DNA of 64,000 nucleotides, from positions 1 through 64,000 of IMG/VR virus record IMGVR_UViG_3300014627_000002, one strand, 5' to 3'. The position numbers and the translations under genes were made by a program. Below, in pieces: positions 19,801-27,749 of the stretch (positions are counted from its first letter, which is position 1; every line of letters begins with the position of its first letter). The notes beneath the pieces are model-generated. The model searched no databases. It was not told the origin of the DNA and saw nothing but the letters and a program-made list of their open reading frames with translations. The DNA comes from a virus.

Positions 19801-22800
19801 TTGATGAAGCGCAGATGTTTAAAAATGGCGATGCCAGTGAAGGTTTTGGAAATTTCCAGTCTATTAAGGGCCTTTCATTATTAGCAGAAGCACAGTTATC
19901 GGACCGGGCAATTTCGGCCAAAATCAAGTCTGAATATGTTCGGGGTACTAACCCGCTTAAAGATGGTGTTGTATTGCTAAGTGCTACACCTGTAACCAAT
20001 AGCCCGTCAGAAATTCTAACCATGCTGTCACTGGCCATAGGTGAGAAGAAAGCTAAAAATATGCTCGGTGGGGCTGCCATTGATTCTGTAGATGACTTTT
20101 TAAGTACTTTTGCTCATACCGAGTCAATTAGTGGGGTGGACCTGCTGGGTGCCGAACGTGCAGATGAAACCTTTACCGGATTTAAGAATGTCGAATTGCT
20201 TAAAAACGTTTTGCATAGTGTTGGAAACATTCAGACAGCGCGGGAAAATGATTTAAAAATTCCGGCTCAAGAAGATGTTAAAACAAATGTCAGTTTAGGT
20301 AGTGAAGACCGCCAGACGCTTGCTGATCTGAAACGTGCATACAACATTGCCCGTCAAATGGGTAAAGGTGGGCCAGTCCTGGCAGATGAAGACGATATTA
20401 AGTTTTTGCATGAAATGATGGGGAAACTTGGCGAATCTGAAACTTTGATCGGGCATCCATTTAACCTGATTACCAAAATGCAAGATTTGATCTTGATGGG
20501 AAGTGAGTCAGTACTTTCCCGAGCGATGTATGTCAATTACCTGCCTGAAGATCAAGAAAAGGCTCAAAAGGTTATTGATGACTTTAACAAAAAGCCAGTG
20601 AAGGTAACGTCTACTCGATCCTTTCCATTGGTTGATAAAGCAGATGTAAAAATCAAAAAACGGGGAAAAACCATAGGTGATGCAGATGAACTTGAGATTA
20701 CCGTTCGTGCTTTCCTTGATGAAGAAAATAACCGCATTGGCTTGACTGCAAACGATACAAAGGCAATTGCAGGACTAATGACCCTGGCAGATAAGGCTAA
20801 ATTAGCCCTTAAACCTAAGCTGTCATCTAAAATGCAGGCACTTATTGATAATGTAAAAACAGAAATGGCTACGCCTAAACATAATGGTCACGCCAAGCAA
20901 ATTATTTTCTGTGACACATTGGCCATGCATCACATTATCAAGCAGGCTTTGATTGAATACTGCGGAGTAGAAAAGTCCCGTATTGCAATTTTAAATGCTG
21001 CAATCAAGCCAGATGGCAGTAACGGCGCTGTTAAAAGTGAAGATGTTCAGGATATTCAGGACGGCTTTGCTACTGATAAATACACCATTGTCATTGCTAA
21101 TAAGAAAGCTGATACCGGTATTGATCTGCAAAAAGGCACCCAGGCTATTCACCATTTAACAACCGGCTGGACACCTGATAGCTTGCAACAGCGTAATGGC
21201 CGTGGTGTACGTCAAGGTAATGAGCAAGAGCGCGTTAATGTGTATATGTATTCAGCAAATGGCTCATTTGATGAATATAAATTGCATGTGATTAATGGTA
21301 AATCAGACTGGATTAATCAGTTAATGAATAAGGGAGCTACCGTATCTGGCACGCTGCAGGTATCTAGTGAGCTTACAGATGATGATTATGACCTGATGAT
21401 TCAGGCAGACAGTGCCGAAGCCATTGAAGGGCTTTTAAAACAGCGTCAGGAACGCGAGAATCAAGCACGTCATGACCGGGCAGTTAAACATACTGATCTG
21501 TTAATCAAAATTGCAAAAAAAGCAGCGTCACAGGCAGACCGTACAGAGTCTAGTGTTGCTCAGGAAATCATTATTAAGGATTACGAAAAGTACATCACTT
21601 TAATGCGCCGTGATGCTAAGGCAGAGGACGCGGCTGAACGTAACCAGATCCTAGAGCAAAAGCAGGCCATTGTAAGTCAGTATGATAGTTATCTGAAAAA
21701 TAACAGTGTTGAAAATTGGGATAGGGGTTTAAAGCGCAAGGCAGAGGAAAAAGGCCAGGCATCACTTTGGTTGTCTTCATTACATCATTCTGGTTTTGAA
21801 GTCGCTGCAACAGAGTTCAGTAAATTAGATGAGCAAGTTTTAAATTCTGATACCTCACTTTCAAGCCGTGCAAAAGCTAGTTTTCAGTCATTAAAACGTA
21901 TGGCAGACAGTACACGTGAACAGCTTTTAAAATATGCAGACAGTCCATTTACTGATGAAGAACGGGCCATGTTACTTGATGGTACCGCCGTTCTTGATGA
22001 GAACCAGCAAATCTTAAAGCATGGTGATCTTTTAAAGGCAGAAGGAAGTAACGGCGCTATATACGGTATGCGTGTTATTGCTGAATCTCAAGACTACTAT
22101 ACTTTCACTGAAAGCTTTGTCCGTAATAGACAACCAATTGAACCGCATGAGCGTGATGCAGCAATTCAAAGCTTTATTGCTTATGAAACACAGTTGCTAA
22201 AAAAGAATGAGGTGTTCAGTTACGGTAGTTTAAATAGCGAAACATTAAACTCAAATAAACGCTTTAGCCGGGTTTATCCAGAGATCCAGACAGCAGTTGA
22301 AGAACAGTTGAAGGCAGAGCATGATAACTGGATTCACCAGAGTAGCGTATACAACAGTCCAGGACTCCAATTGAAGTCCAACCATGCTCTACACTGGCCA
22401 GAAATTACCTTTCCTCAATTCTTTAAAAATAACTTGCAGCTGGCGACTGTTTTTAATGCGCCATTTTCAGGAATCATTGAAAGTATTGAACTCGGTGATG
22501 CAATTGCTCGAGTCAAAATTCCTAACACTAAAGCGGACTTGGTGCAGCGTAAATATCCGATGAATCTAACTCGCTTGGCTGAGCAAATTTTTTCAGTAGC
22601 TGAAACAGAAAAAATTGCGGTAGATTTACAACATGCTGAATCTATTATCAATAATGAATTTATGTATTACTTTGCAGAGAAAGTAGATAAAGCTTTATCT
22701 GCATACTATAAGGGAAGTTTAAAGCTGCTTTATCCGCATCATACAGTCTTGACTGATGACCAAAAGGTAGAGATTGCAGAATATATTTTAGAACATGCTT

Positions 22801-23174
22801 TAAATGGCTTAGTAAGTTCTTATACACATCTAATGGAATGGGTACAGGAAAAGTCTGCATTTAAAGGAATTCTAAAGCTATATGCATTAGATGATAATGA
22901 CCCCGAAGTTATTGTAAAACAGCATGTAAAACTACACGGCGGCATGGGTAAATTTAAGAATATTAAAATTACTGGTGTAGCTTTCTTGGGTACCGGCAGT
23001 TTTGGAGCAGCTTTCAAGTCAACCTATAAAGATGATATGAAGGCGTATGCTGACTCGATCCGTAAGCGTTGTGCTTGGGACAACCGCAATACCCGTTGGG
23101 TAGTTGAACCTGAAGTCATGGTATGGATGATGAAACAGGACTGGTTTAATATGAATGAAGTAGAATTTTACTAA
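16821..23174 (+). CDS. 2117-aa DNA methyltransferase - SF2 (SNF2-like) helicase fusion, P1 DarB-like
   Basis: MTase motif I LDPCAGTGIFAAG (~17190) and motif IV ITNVPFG (~17382). Helicase motifs: GFDVGLGKTL (~19335), IIFDEAQ (~19795), LLSATPVTN, QQRNGRGVRQG (~21185). A late box lies upstream. Confidence 0.75.
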   Translation: MPFNNTARAGLQVFSDALSALKNKVSPSHAPTGVYEFQDEKITPTKRQKANNAAVSLLRQLQNESGLKATAEQKVTLSRYTGKGGNLEVEGVKGSQYEYYTPVPLANALWDLLKEHGFDGGAVLDPCAGTGIFAAGRPESVVMQSVELNDVSGGINALVNDQANHNVIVSPFEKIASQTQDNVYDAVITNVPFGSRGDRGDNARHDIYSDDDLDSYFVKRSIDKLKHGKLAVFIAHPKLLTGAGHKKFRQYISLRAELVGAYRLPNKVFQATGADVVTDVLVFRKHTEELTQKIENLYDNGSLQVLQDSRILDADIIDGRYYKAEGQKNVLGQSTIVKHAKFKTDVEAVLSDESLPNILKLIRRFPDSRINYGMLELTEMKPVLPIQEGDIRVIGGTTFEYQDGKWISTGQTATYSNAESFSKALTAFMSGMTYVDLMAYQSHCVASHYKLSAWAGQLIDVVQSTGVETYAHWLVQFALYEALQAEAYNSYAQNYPKLTSALKGIAGQVGKKPYKHASVKTLVTFNSKAFDKNSADGLSAYWYGSTIEIAQALDAKGAYENAIYMGRAKDFMVSVDEIRQTDPNFDPLANEDYAISGDGQYVTLNRDYYTGNHGEFLQQIDAQIEAATDPKIRAKLVQQRKKSFEHVDYVDVANINLGLRATNIDIQVKSDFLSLYGGDAVTVDEDGRIRLKDKQEPLDRIIRIMKRDGVQGAQHRWVQTFFLNRILDSVNNNVRLTLKANKDEVSKQDHDLVFKAFLEYANELDATFSAYLKANIGFMEDLDAKVNDPMHKEMQSELDTSPVEVKGFAPKFATFKAMQTYQNAEVRRLSRRFEGITGFDVGLGKTLTSIAAAQNLHNIGVKKRTLFVVPSHTISKWYRDMQMSLDDYSDVLVIGLKGNTLSSVNSSHYGADLNLLLSEPYRKILITSDAFTMIPLRDRTIEKYYESKKAKIDFSKDKDREKWNAFIGKKKEPLQKDVGRLPFFEDLNIDSIIFDEAQMFKNGDASEGFGNFQSIKGLSLLAEAQLSDRAISAKIKSEYVRGTNPLKDGVVLLSATPVTNSPSEILTMLSLAIGEKKAKNMLGGAAIDSVDDFLSTFAHTESISGVDLLGAERADETFTGFKNVELLKNVLHSVGNIQTARENDLKIPAQEDVKTNVSLGSEDRQTLADLKRAYNIARQMGKGGPVLADEDDIKFLHEMMGKLGESETLIGHPFNLITKMQDLILMGSESVLSRAMYVNYLPEDQEKAQKVIDDFNKKPVKVTSTRSFPLVDKADVKIKKRGKTIGDADELEITVRAFLDEENNRIGLTANDTKAIAGLMTLADKAKLALKPKLSSKMQALIDNVKTEMATPKHNGHAKQIIFCDTLAMHHIIKQALIEYCGVEKSRIAILNAAIKPDGSNGAVKSEDVQDIQDGFATDKYTIVIANKKADTGIDLQKGTQAIHHLTTGWTPDSLQQRNGRGVRQGNEQERVNVYMYSANGSFDEYKLHVINGKSDWINQLMNKGATVSGTLQVSSELTDDDYDLMIQADSAEAIEGLLKQRQERENQARHDRAVKHTDLLIKIAKKAASQADRTESSVAQEIIIKDYEKYITLMRRDAKAEDAAERNQILEQKQAIVSQYDSYLKNNSVENWDRGLKRKAEEKGQASLWLSSLHHSGFEVAATEFSKLDEQVLNSDTSLSSRAKASFQSLKRMADSTREQLLKYADSPFTDEERAMLLDGTAVLDENQQILKHGDLLKAEGSNGAIYGMRVIAESQDYYTFTESFVRNRQPIEPHERDAAIQSFIAYETQLLKKNEVFSYGSLNSETLNSNKRFSRVYPEIQTAVEEQLKAEHDNWIHQSSVYNSPGLQLKSNHALHWPEITFPQFFKNNLQLATVFNAPFSGIIESIELGDAIARVKIPNTKADLVQRKYPMNLTRLAEQIFSVAETEKIAVDLQHAESIINNEFMYYFAEKVDKALSAYYKGSLKLLYPHHTVLTDDQKVEIAEYILEHALNGLVSSYTHLMEWVQEKSAFKGILKLYALDDNDPEVIVKQHVKLHGGMGKFKNIKITGVAFLGTGSFGAAFKSTYKDDMKAYADSIRKRCAWDNRNTRWVVEPEVMVWMMKQDWFNMNEVEFY

Positions 23175-23186
23175 GGCGGTACTACA

Positions 23187-23627
23187 ATGATTAATAAATT
23201 TTTGCCAGATATTGAAGGCTTAAAAGATATAACCGCTAATGTGCGTAGCACGCTGGCCAGCCGTGGTATTACTGATGAGATCAGCACGGTAGTTGCAAAT
23301 ATGCAAAAAAATGCAGAGTTGCAGGCAGTAAAGGGAATAGATACCTGGTTAAGCTACGGTGTTTATTTGCCTGCTGTTGAGCGTGTGATTGCACTTAATT
23401 CGGGTGAGTCTGAAGAAGATTTCTTTGCACGTACGCAATATCCCGTCAATGTAGTGGAAGCCTATACAGTAAAAGAAGATAGTCTGGCGACTTTAATAGC
23501 CGCTGATCAATACAGTCAGCTACATAAAAGTACTATGCCAAAAAATACCGCAGTATGGTGCCTAGATGAAGATGGACAGCACTATATTAACTTGCTTGAA
23601 TATGAAAACCGTATGAAAGCAATCTAA
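23187..23627 (+). CDS. hypothetical protein
   Basis: 146-aa ORF 12 nt after the giant gene, followed by a terminator. Confidence 0.6.
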   Translation: MINKFLPDIEGLKDITANVRSTLASRGITDEISTVVANMQKNAELQAVKGIDTWLSYGVYLPAVERVIALNSGESEEDFFARTQYPVNVVEAYTVKEDSLATLIAADQYSQLHKSTMPKNTAVWCLDEDGQHYINLLEYENRMKAI

Positions 23628-23638
23628 TATTAATCTCA

Positions 23639-23668
23639 GGAAAGCCCGTATAACACGGGTCTTCTTTT
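23639..23668 (+). terminator. rho-independent terminator
   Basis: GAAAGCCCGT-ataa-CACGGGTCTTCTTTT. Confidence 0.65.
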
Positions 23669-23670
23669 AG

Positions 23671-23695
23671 GTTTAAATGAACAAATGAACAAATA
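23671..23695. promoter_or_regulatory. TGAACA-repeat array (class A, locus 2)
   Basis: GTTTAAATGAACAAATGAACAAATA immediately after the terminator. Confidence 0.55.
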
Positions 23696-23814
23696 CTCAT
23701 TCTAAAGACTGATGGTTAGATTCTAACAATGTATATTAAATCATCAAGGCAGGGATTACGGCCCTAGACCTTTTATAAGCACTATCTAAGCGCTAGCAGA
23801 AAAAGGAAAGGTCA

Positions 23815-23859
23815 GGAATAGTAAATTTCTGGCTTTTTTTAATATGTTTAAATGTTCAA
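23815..23859 (+). promoter_or_regulatory. late-operon box, weak copy
   Basis: GGAATAGTAAATTT lacks the A-run; TAAATGTT at +34; ATG at 23887. Confidence 0.3.
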
Positions 23860-23874
23860 TTGAACAAATGAAGG
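23844..23874. promoter_or_regulatory. TGAACA-repeat array (class A, locus 3)
   Basis: ATGTTTAAATGTTCAATTGAACAAATGAAGG; contains the perfect 14-bp palindrome TGTTCAATTGAACA (23853-23866). Confidence 0.55.
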
Positions 23875-23886
23875 AATAAACAAATT

Positions 23887-24171
23887 ATGCGTGAAGCGAA
23901 AGATCATCCTAATTTTAGTGAGATCCTTCAGTATGGCCATACTGTTGAAGCCGACATTGCAATGTTTATGAATGGCGAATTTTGGCAGTATTACAAGCGG
24001 GGGGACTTTAGCACTAAAAACTATTGGTATTGTCTACCAGTACGCAACGGGCAGGCTCTTGGCTGGCGAAATGGCTATGTTGCATGTATGAACCAGCTAA
24101 AAGATTTTTATATAAATATGGGTAAAAAAGTTGAGCTTATAGAAATCAGGAATAAGGAAAAAACCTCATAA
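23887..24171 (+). CDS. hypothetical protein
   Basis: 94-aa ORF with RBS-like AAGGAA upstream. Confidence 0.55.
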   Translation: MREAKDHPNFSEILQYGHTVEADIAMFMNGEFWQYYKRGDFSTKNYWYCLPVRNGQALGWRNGYVACMNQLKDFYINMGKKVELIEIRNKEKTS

Positions 24172-24193
24172 GGTAAATAGACAAAAATAGCCC
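24149..24193 (+). promoter_or_regulatory. late-operon box (copy 7)
   Basis: GGAATAAGGAAAAAAC at 24149; AAAAATAGCCC at +34. AGCCCTA (24189-24195) / TAGGGCT (24204-24210) plus T-run abuts the ATG at 24216. Confidence 0.6.
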
Positions 24194-24215
24194 TATAAAT
24201 TAATAGGGCTTTTTT

Positions 24216-24989
24216 ATGGCTTTTATAAAACCGAAGATTGTGAACCAGGCTAAGCCAAGTACACAGTATGAAAATAAAAGCGATTGGGGGAACTTGTCAG
24301 ATGTATACAAGATGCGCATTCGCTTATGTGATAAAGAGGGAAACCTACTTGATCAATACGCTCAGCAAATCGTTGGAGTCGCCGTAGATGGCGATATATC
24401 CATAGATAATCAGTACAGCACACCATTTGAAAATTCAAATCCTGAACATCGATTACCTACTATGATGGGGATGCTGCAATCTGGTGATTGGGTAAATACG
24501 CTAGAGATCGGCTTATCAAATGTATTTGGCATAGAGCTTAGCCAGGATAAGAAAGAATCTATTAACGCATTAGAAGGCCGGAGCAACTTAACTAAGGTTA
24601 ATTCTACTCAGATATTTGTTGCAACCCAGCCAATTACAATTTCTACCACACTGTATTTTTCAGCTTGGCGTAGCGCAAAAATAGAAGTCGAACAGCAAGT
24701 AGCCTTACTTAAACAGTGGGCTTTACCCAACAAATTAGCTGACGGCAGCATTTTAGCCAGTGCGCTAGAAGATAAATCATTACTTTCATTATTTCCTTCT
24801 GAAGTACCGCCGTATGTGTCGATCTACTACGGAGGTAAGAAATATACCCCCTTATTAATTCAAAGCGTATCTGAACCATTAGTCGTGCCTATGACTGAAG
24901 ACGGGGACCGTCTAGCGCTGCAGGTACCAGTCACATTTGTATCCCGTACAGCCTGGGATAAAGACAATATTTCTAAAATTTATTTATAA
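24216..24989 (+). CDS. hypothetical virion protein
   Basis: 257-aa ORF behind a late box. No motif recognised. Confidence 0.55.
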   Translation: MAFIKPKIVNQAKPSTQYENKSDWGNLSDVYKMRIRLCDKEGNLLDQYAQQIVGVAVDGDISIDNQYSTPFENSNPEHRLPTMMGMLQSGDWVNTLEIGLSNVFGIELSQDKKESINALEGRSNLTKVNSTQIFVATQPITISTTLYFSAWRSAKIEVEQQVALLKQWALPNKLADGSILASALEDKSLLSLFPSEVPPYVSIYYGGKKYTPLLIQSVSEPLVVPMTEDGDRLALQVPVTFVSRTAWDKDNISKIYL

Positions 24990-24998
24990 GGTGAATCT

Positions 24999-25715
24999 AT
25001 GGCTTTTCCATTATTAACAATTGGCAATGAAAAATATCAGCTAAATAATATCCTGTTAATGGACTTATTGGAGCTGGCAAAACTTAACCCCCAACATTAT
25101 GAACATCAACTTACTCAGATTTTATCTACAGCTGTGGGGGATATTAAACAAGTCCAATCCATGACTGTGCATGAGCGTTATGCAGTATTTTTAAAATATT
25201 TATCAAAGACTGAAAAACACAGTTTAGATAGCTCTATTAATATTGATGATTATTTAGTAAAGGATTTATCTGATTTTAATCGAAACCGGGTAACTGGAAA
25301 AAATAATGTTAGTGTCCGTCATTTAACTGGTGTAGATGCAGAAGCTTTAGAAATAGGCTGTGAATATACAGATGATTGGATACTTGGTGAAATGGCTATC
25401 ACTATTGGTTGCGATTATCTGCCTGCCCTAGATATTGAATATTCAGTAGATTATGCAGGAAATATCATACATAACCGCATAGAAAAATTAAAAAAACTAG
25501 ATATAGATGAGTTTAATGAACTCATGGATGATTATTTAGAAGCAAAGGATCAACTTAAAAAACTGGTTAATATTAGTTTTGATGATGGCATTGTTTTAGA
25601 CAAAATTAATGGGGGTGCAGATGACGCTCCTGTTCGATTTCGCCCTCATACCGCCCTCTCAGGACACGCAAGAAAGCTTTTATCAATTGCTATTAAAGCG
25701 CGCTCAAAATCTTAG
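24999..25715 (+). CDS. hypothetical protein
   Basis: 238-aa ORF, 9 nt after the previous gene. Confidence 0.55.
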   Translation: MAFPLLTIGNEKYQLNNILLMDLLELAKLNPQHYEHQLTQILSTAVGDIKQVQSMTVHERYAVFLKYLSKTEKHSLDSSINIDDYLVKDLSDFNRNRVTGKNNVSVRHLTGVDAEALEIGCEYTDDWILGEMAITIGCDYLPALDIEYSVDYAGNIIHNRIEKLKKLDIDEFNELMDDYLEAKDQLKKLVNISFDDGIVLDKINGGADDAPVRFRPHTALSGHARKLLSIAIKARSKS

Positions 25716-25920
25716 TATTGATTCTGATATTCCATTAAATGAAGTTTTGAAGATGCCTTTTTGGTTTTTAGATTCATTTTATAAAGATGGAGCTTGGAAT
25801 ATCAAAAAAGTGCATAAAGAAAATCATGATCAAATCGTGGGTAATGTTTTTCAGTACCTTCAAAATATACAAGGACTACTGAAAAGCGTTTCTATTTCGT
25901 TTTCAAGGAAACCGCGATGA
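25621..25920 (+). CDS. hypothetical protein overlapping the 3-prime end of the previous gene
   Basis: ORF in another frame from 25609. The second ATG at 25621 is preceded by GGGGGTG. ATGA overlap with the following membrane-protein gene. Confidence 0.4.
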   Translation: MTLLFDFALIPPSQDTQESFYQLLLKRAQNLSIDSDIPLNEVLKMPFWFLDSFYKDGAWNIKKVHKENHDQIVGNVFQYLQNIQGLLKSVSISFSRKPR

Positions 25921-26426
25921 TTGGTCGTATTAGTTGGATGTATAGTTTGCTGTGGCGGTTACTGTGGTGCGCGTTTCCATTCGTCACTGAATACGCTTCA
26001 GCAGCTATAAGCGCGTCCCATAACACATCTAATGTGAGTATGTTGAGCAATGAAAGTGTGCGCAACATAGCAAGCAATTACAGTGACAGTTTGCTCACCC
26101 TGGCATGTATTTTTTTCTTGGGTATAGGGACTATGGTGGGTTATTTTCACCCTACTCCCAAGTATGGTTTAAAGCCCTACCCCAAGTTCATAAAAGTCCT
26201 TATATCCGTAGGTATGGGGAGCCTTGCTTTTTTATATTATCTCGAAACTAACCAACAAATTACGCCTGCCGTATGCATTTATGTGGCAGGCGTTTCTTTT
26301 GTAGGTCCCGCAATTATTCACTTAATCCATGCGGCTGCAATTAAGGGCACTAGTCTTAATACTGGTGTAACTGATGAAGACTTGGACCGCATTAATCGAA
26401 GCTTTCAAGATGAGGACCCAAAATAA
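25917..26426 (+). CDS. holin-like membrane protein
   Basis: About three hydrophobic segments and a charged C-terminus (DEDLDRINRSFQDEDPK); two genes upstream of the endolysin. Confidence 0.5.
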   Translation: MIGRISWMYSLLWRLLWCAFPFVTEYASAAISASHNTSNVSMLSNESVRNIASNYSDSLLTLACIFFLGIGTMVGYFHPTPKYGLKPYPKFIKVLISVGMGSLAFLYYLETNQQITPAVCIYVAGVSFVGPAIIHLIHAAAIKGTSLNTGVTDEDLDRINRSFQDEDPK

Positions 26427-26695
26427 TGGAACTCAAAATATTTCTTTGTTTGGCGGTTATGCTTTTCACAGTAATTGCACTCTTTATACCCGATAAGATT
26501 ATCAATACTGTTTCTTATAACCGCAATCTTGCTGCTGTTTTAATCATTCTTGCGTCATCTGCATTCTTAGTAAATATGAATATGACGGGATTTGTATTAA
26601 CGCTAATCCTGGCATTTGGATGCTGTATTCACTGGCTTAGTTGTTTTGTTGCTAACACCGGTAAAAGTAAGGAATTTAATCATGACAGACATTAA
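26426..26695 (+). CDS. holin/antiholin-like small membrane protein
   Basis: 89 aa with three hydrophobic segments and a basic C-terminus (GKSKEFNHDRH); overlaps the endolysin start. Confidence 0.55.
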   Translation: MELKIFLCLAVMLFTVIALFIPDKIINTVSYNRNLAAVLIILASSAFLVNMNMTGFVLTLILAFGCCIHWLSCFVANTGKSKEFNHDRH

Positions 26696-27584
26696 TAAGT
26701 CACTTAAAGAAATCCAAAAACTTTTAGGTTCGATAGGATTATATACGGGAGCAATTGATGGTTTTTGGGGATGGGGTAGCTATAATGCGATTTTAACCCT
26801 TTCAGCCCTGTGTAAACCTAATTCTAAGTCTTCTAAAATCAAGTCCAGTGATATTAAAAATATTTCTAAAGAGATACAAAAAATATTGGTAGAACATCAT
26901 CAATATTTTGGTGTTATTGATGGAATATTCGGAAAAAACTCAATTGCCGGTTTAAATAATCTTATTCCAGCGCCTAAAGTTACTGAGGAAAGTTTAAAGA
27001 AAATCTATAAAAACTGCTCACCAGGCTTTGCTGATTTTATTAATTCTTTTGCTGCACAGTATCAGTTGAACACTAAAGCGGATCTATGTGCTTTTCTGGC
27101 CAATAATATTCATGAGTCATCTGGCTTTACCAGCTTGCGTGAAAATATGAATTATCGCCCTGCCCGCTTATTAGAAGTTTTCCCGAAGTATTTTAAAACA
27201 CTGGCAGAAGCGACAGACGTAGTAAAACGTGGGCCTATAGCTATTGCTGACGTGGTATACGGTGGCCGCATGGGTAACGGACGTAACAATGGAGATGGAT
27301 ATAAGTACCGTGGTGGCGGCTGTAATCATTTAACCGGTTTAGATAACTATACCCTTTGCAGTATTGGTATAGGACTAGGTAATCAGCTTGTTGATAATCC
27401 GGATCTTATTACCCAGCCTGAATATGCGGTTAAATCAGCTTACTGGTTCTGGAATAAAAACCGCTGTAGCCGGGTAGCTAATCAAGGTAATTTTGAAGCA
27501 GCTTGCAGAATTGTAAATGGTGGAACTAACGGTCTGTCTGAACGTCATGCCCTACATATTAAAGCCTGGTCTGTCCTGTTTTAA
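26682..27584 (+). CDS. endolysin: two PG_binding_1 repeats + glycoside hydrolase family 19 (chitinase-like) domain
   Basis: LGSIGLYTGAIDGFWGWGSYNAI and YFGVIDGIFGKNSIAGL are PG-binding repeats. FLANNIHESSGF...GNGRNNGDGYKYRGGGCNHLTGLDNY...AYWFWNKN...VNGGTNGLSERH is GH19/COG3179-like. The ATG at 26682 has a TAAGGAA RBS. Confidence 0.85.
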   Translation: MTDINKSLKEIQKLLGSIGLYTGAIDGFWGWGSYNAILTLSALCKPNSKSSKIKSSDIKNISKEIQKILVEHHQYFGVIDGIFGKNSIAGLNNLIPAPKVTEESLKKIYKNCSPGFADFINSFAAQYQLNTKADLCAFLANNIHESSGFTSLRENMNYRPARLLEVFPKYFKTLAEATDVVKRGPIAIADVVYGGRMGNGRNNGDGYKYRGGGCNHLTGLDNYTLCSIGIGLGNQLVDNPDLITQPEYAVKSAYWFWNKNRCSRVANQGNFEAACRIVNGGTNGLSERHALHIKAWSVLF

Positions 27585-27624
27585 GTTTCTGAAAGCTAAG
27601 ATTTATCTGTTTTTTTCAAATTAG

Positions 27625-27660
27625 ACGTGAACCGACCGGATGGATGGTTCACGTTTTTAG
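27625..27660 (+). terminator. rho-independent terminator
   Basis: ACGTGAACC-N13-GGTTCACGTTTTT. Confidence 0.75.
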
Positions 27661-27661
27661 C

Positions 27662-27679
27662 TTATGCGTATTTGCATAA
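27662..27679. promoter_or_regulatory. TATGCG/GCATA palindrome (class B operator-like, locus 1)
   Basis: TTATGCG-TATT-TGCATAA. Confidence 0.5.
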
Positions 27680-27749
27680 TAGAAATATTGATATTCATGT
27701 CTTTTTTAAATCAACGAAACTGCTATAAGTTTCAAGGTAGTTTAGAGCT

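Noticed and set aside
24999-25920. Possible programmed frameshift joining 24999..25715 to the overlapping 25609..25920 ORF (tail-chaperone G/GT style)
   Set aside because: The second frame is +1, not -1, relative to the first. I saw no X-XXY-YYZ slippery heptamer in the overlap. The next genes are holins rather than a tape measure. It is treated as an ordinary overlapping gene with its own GGGGGTG RBS.
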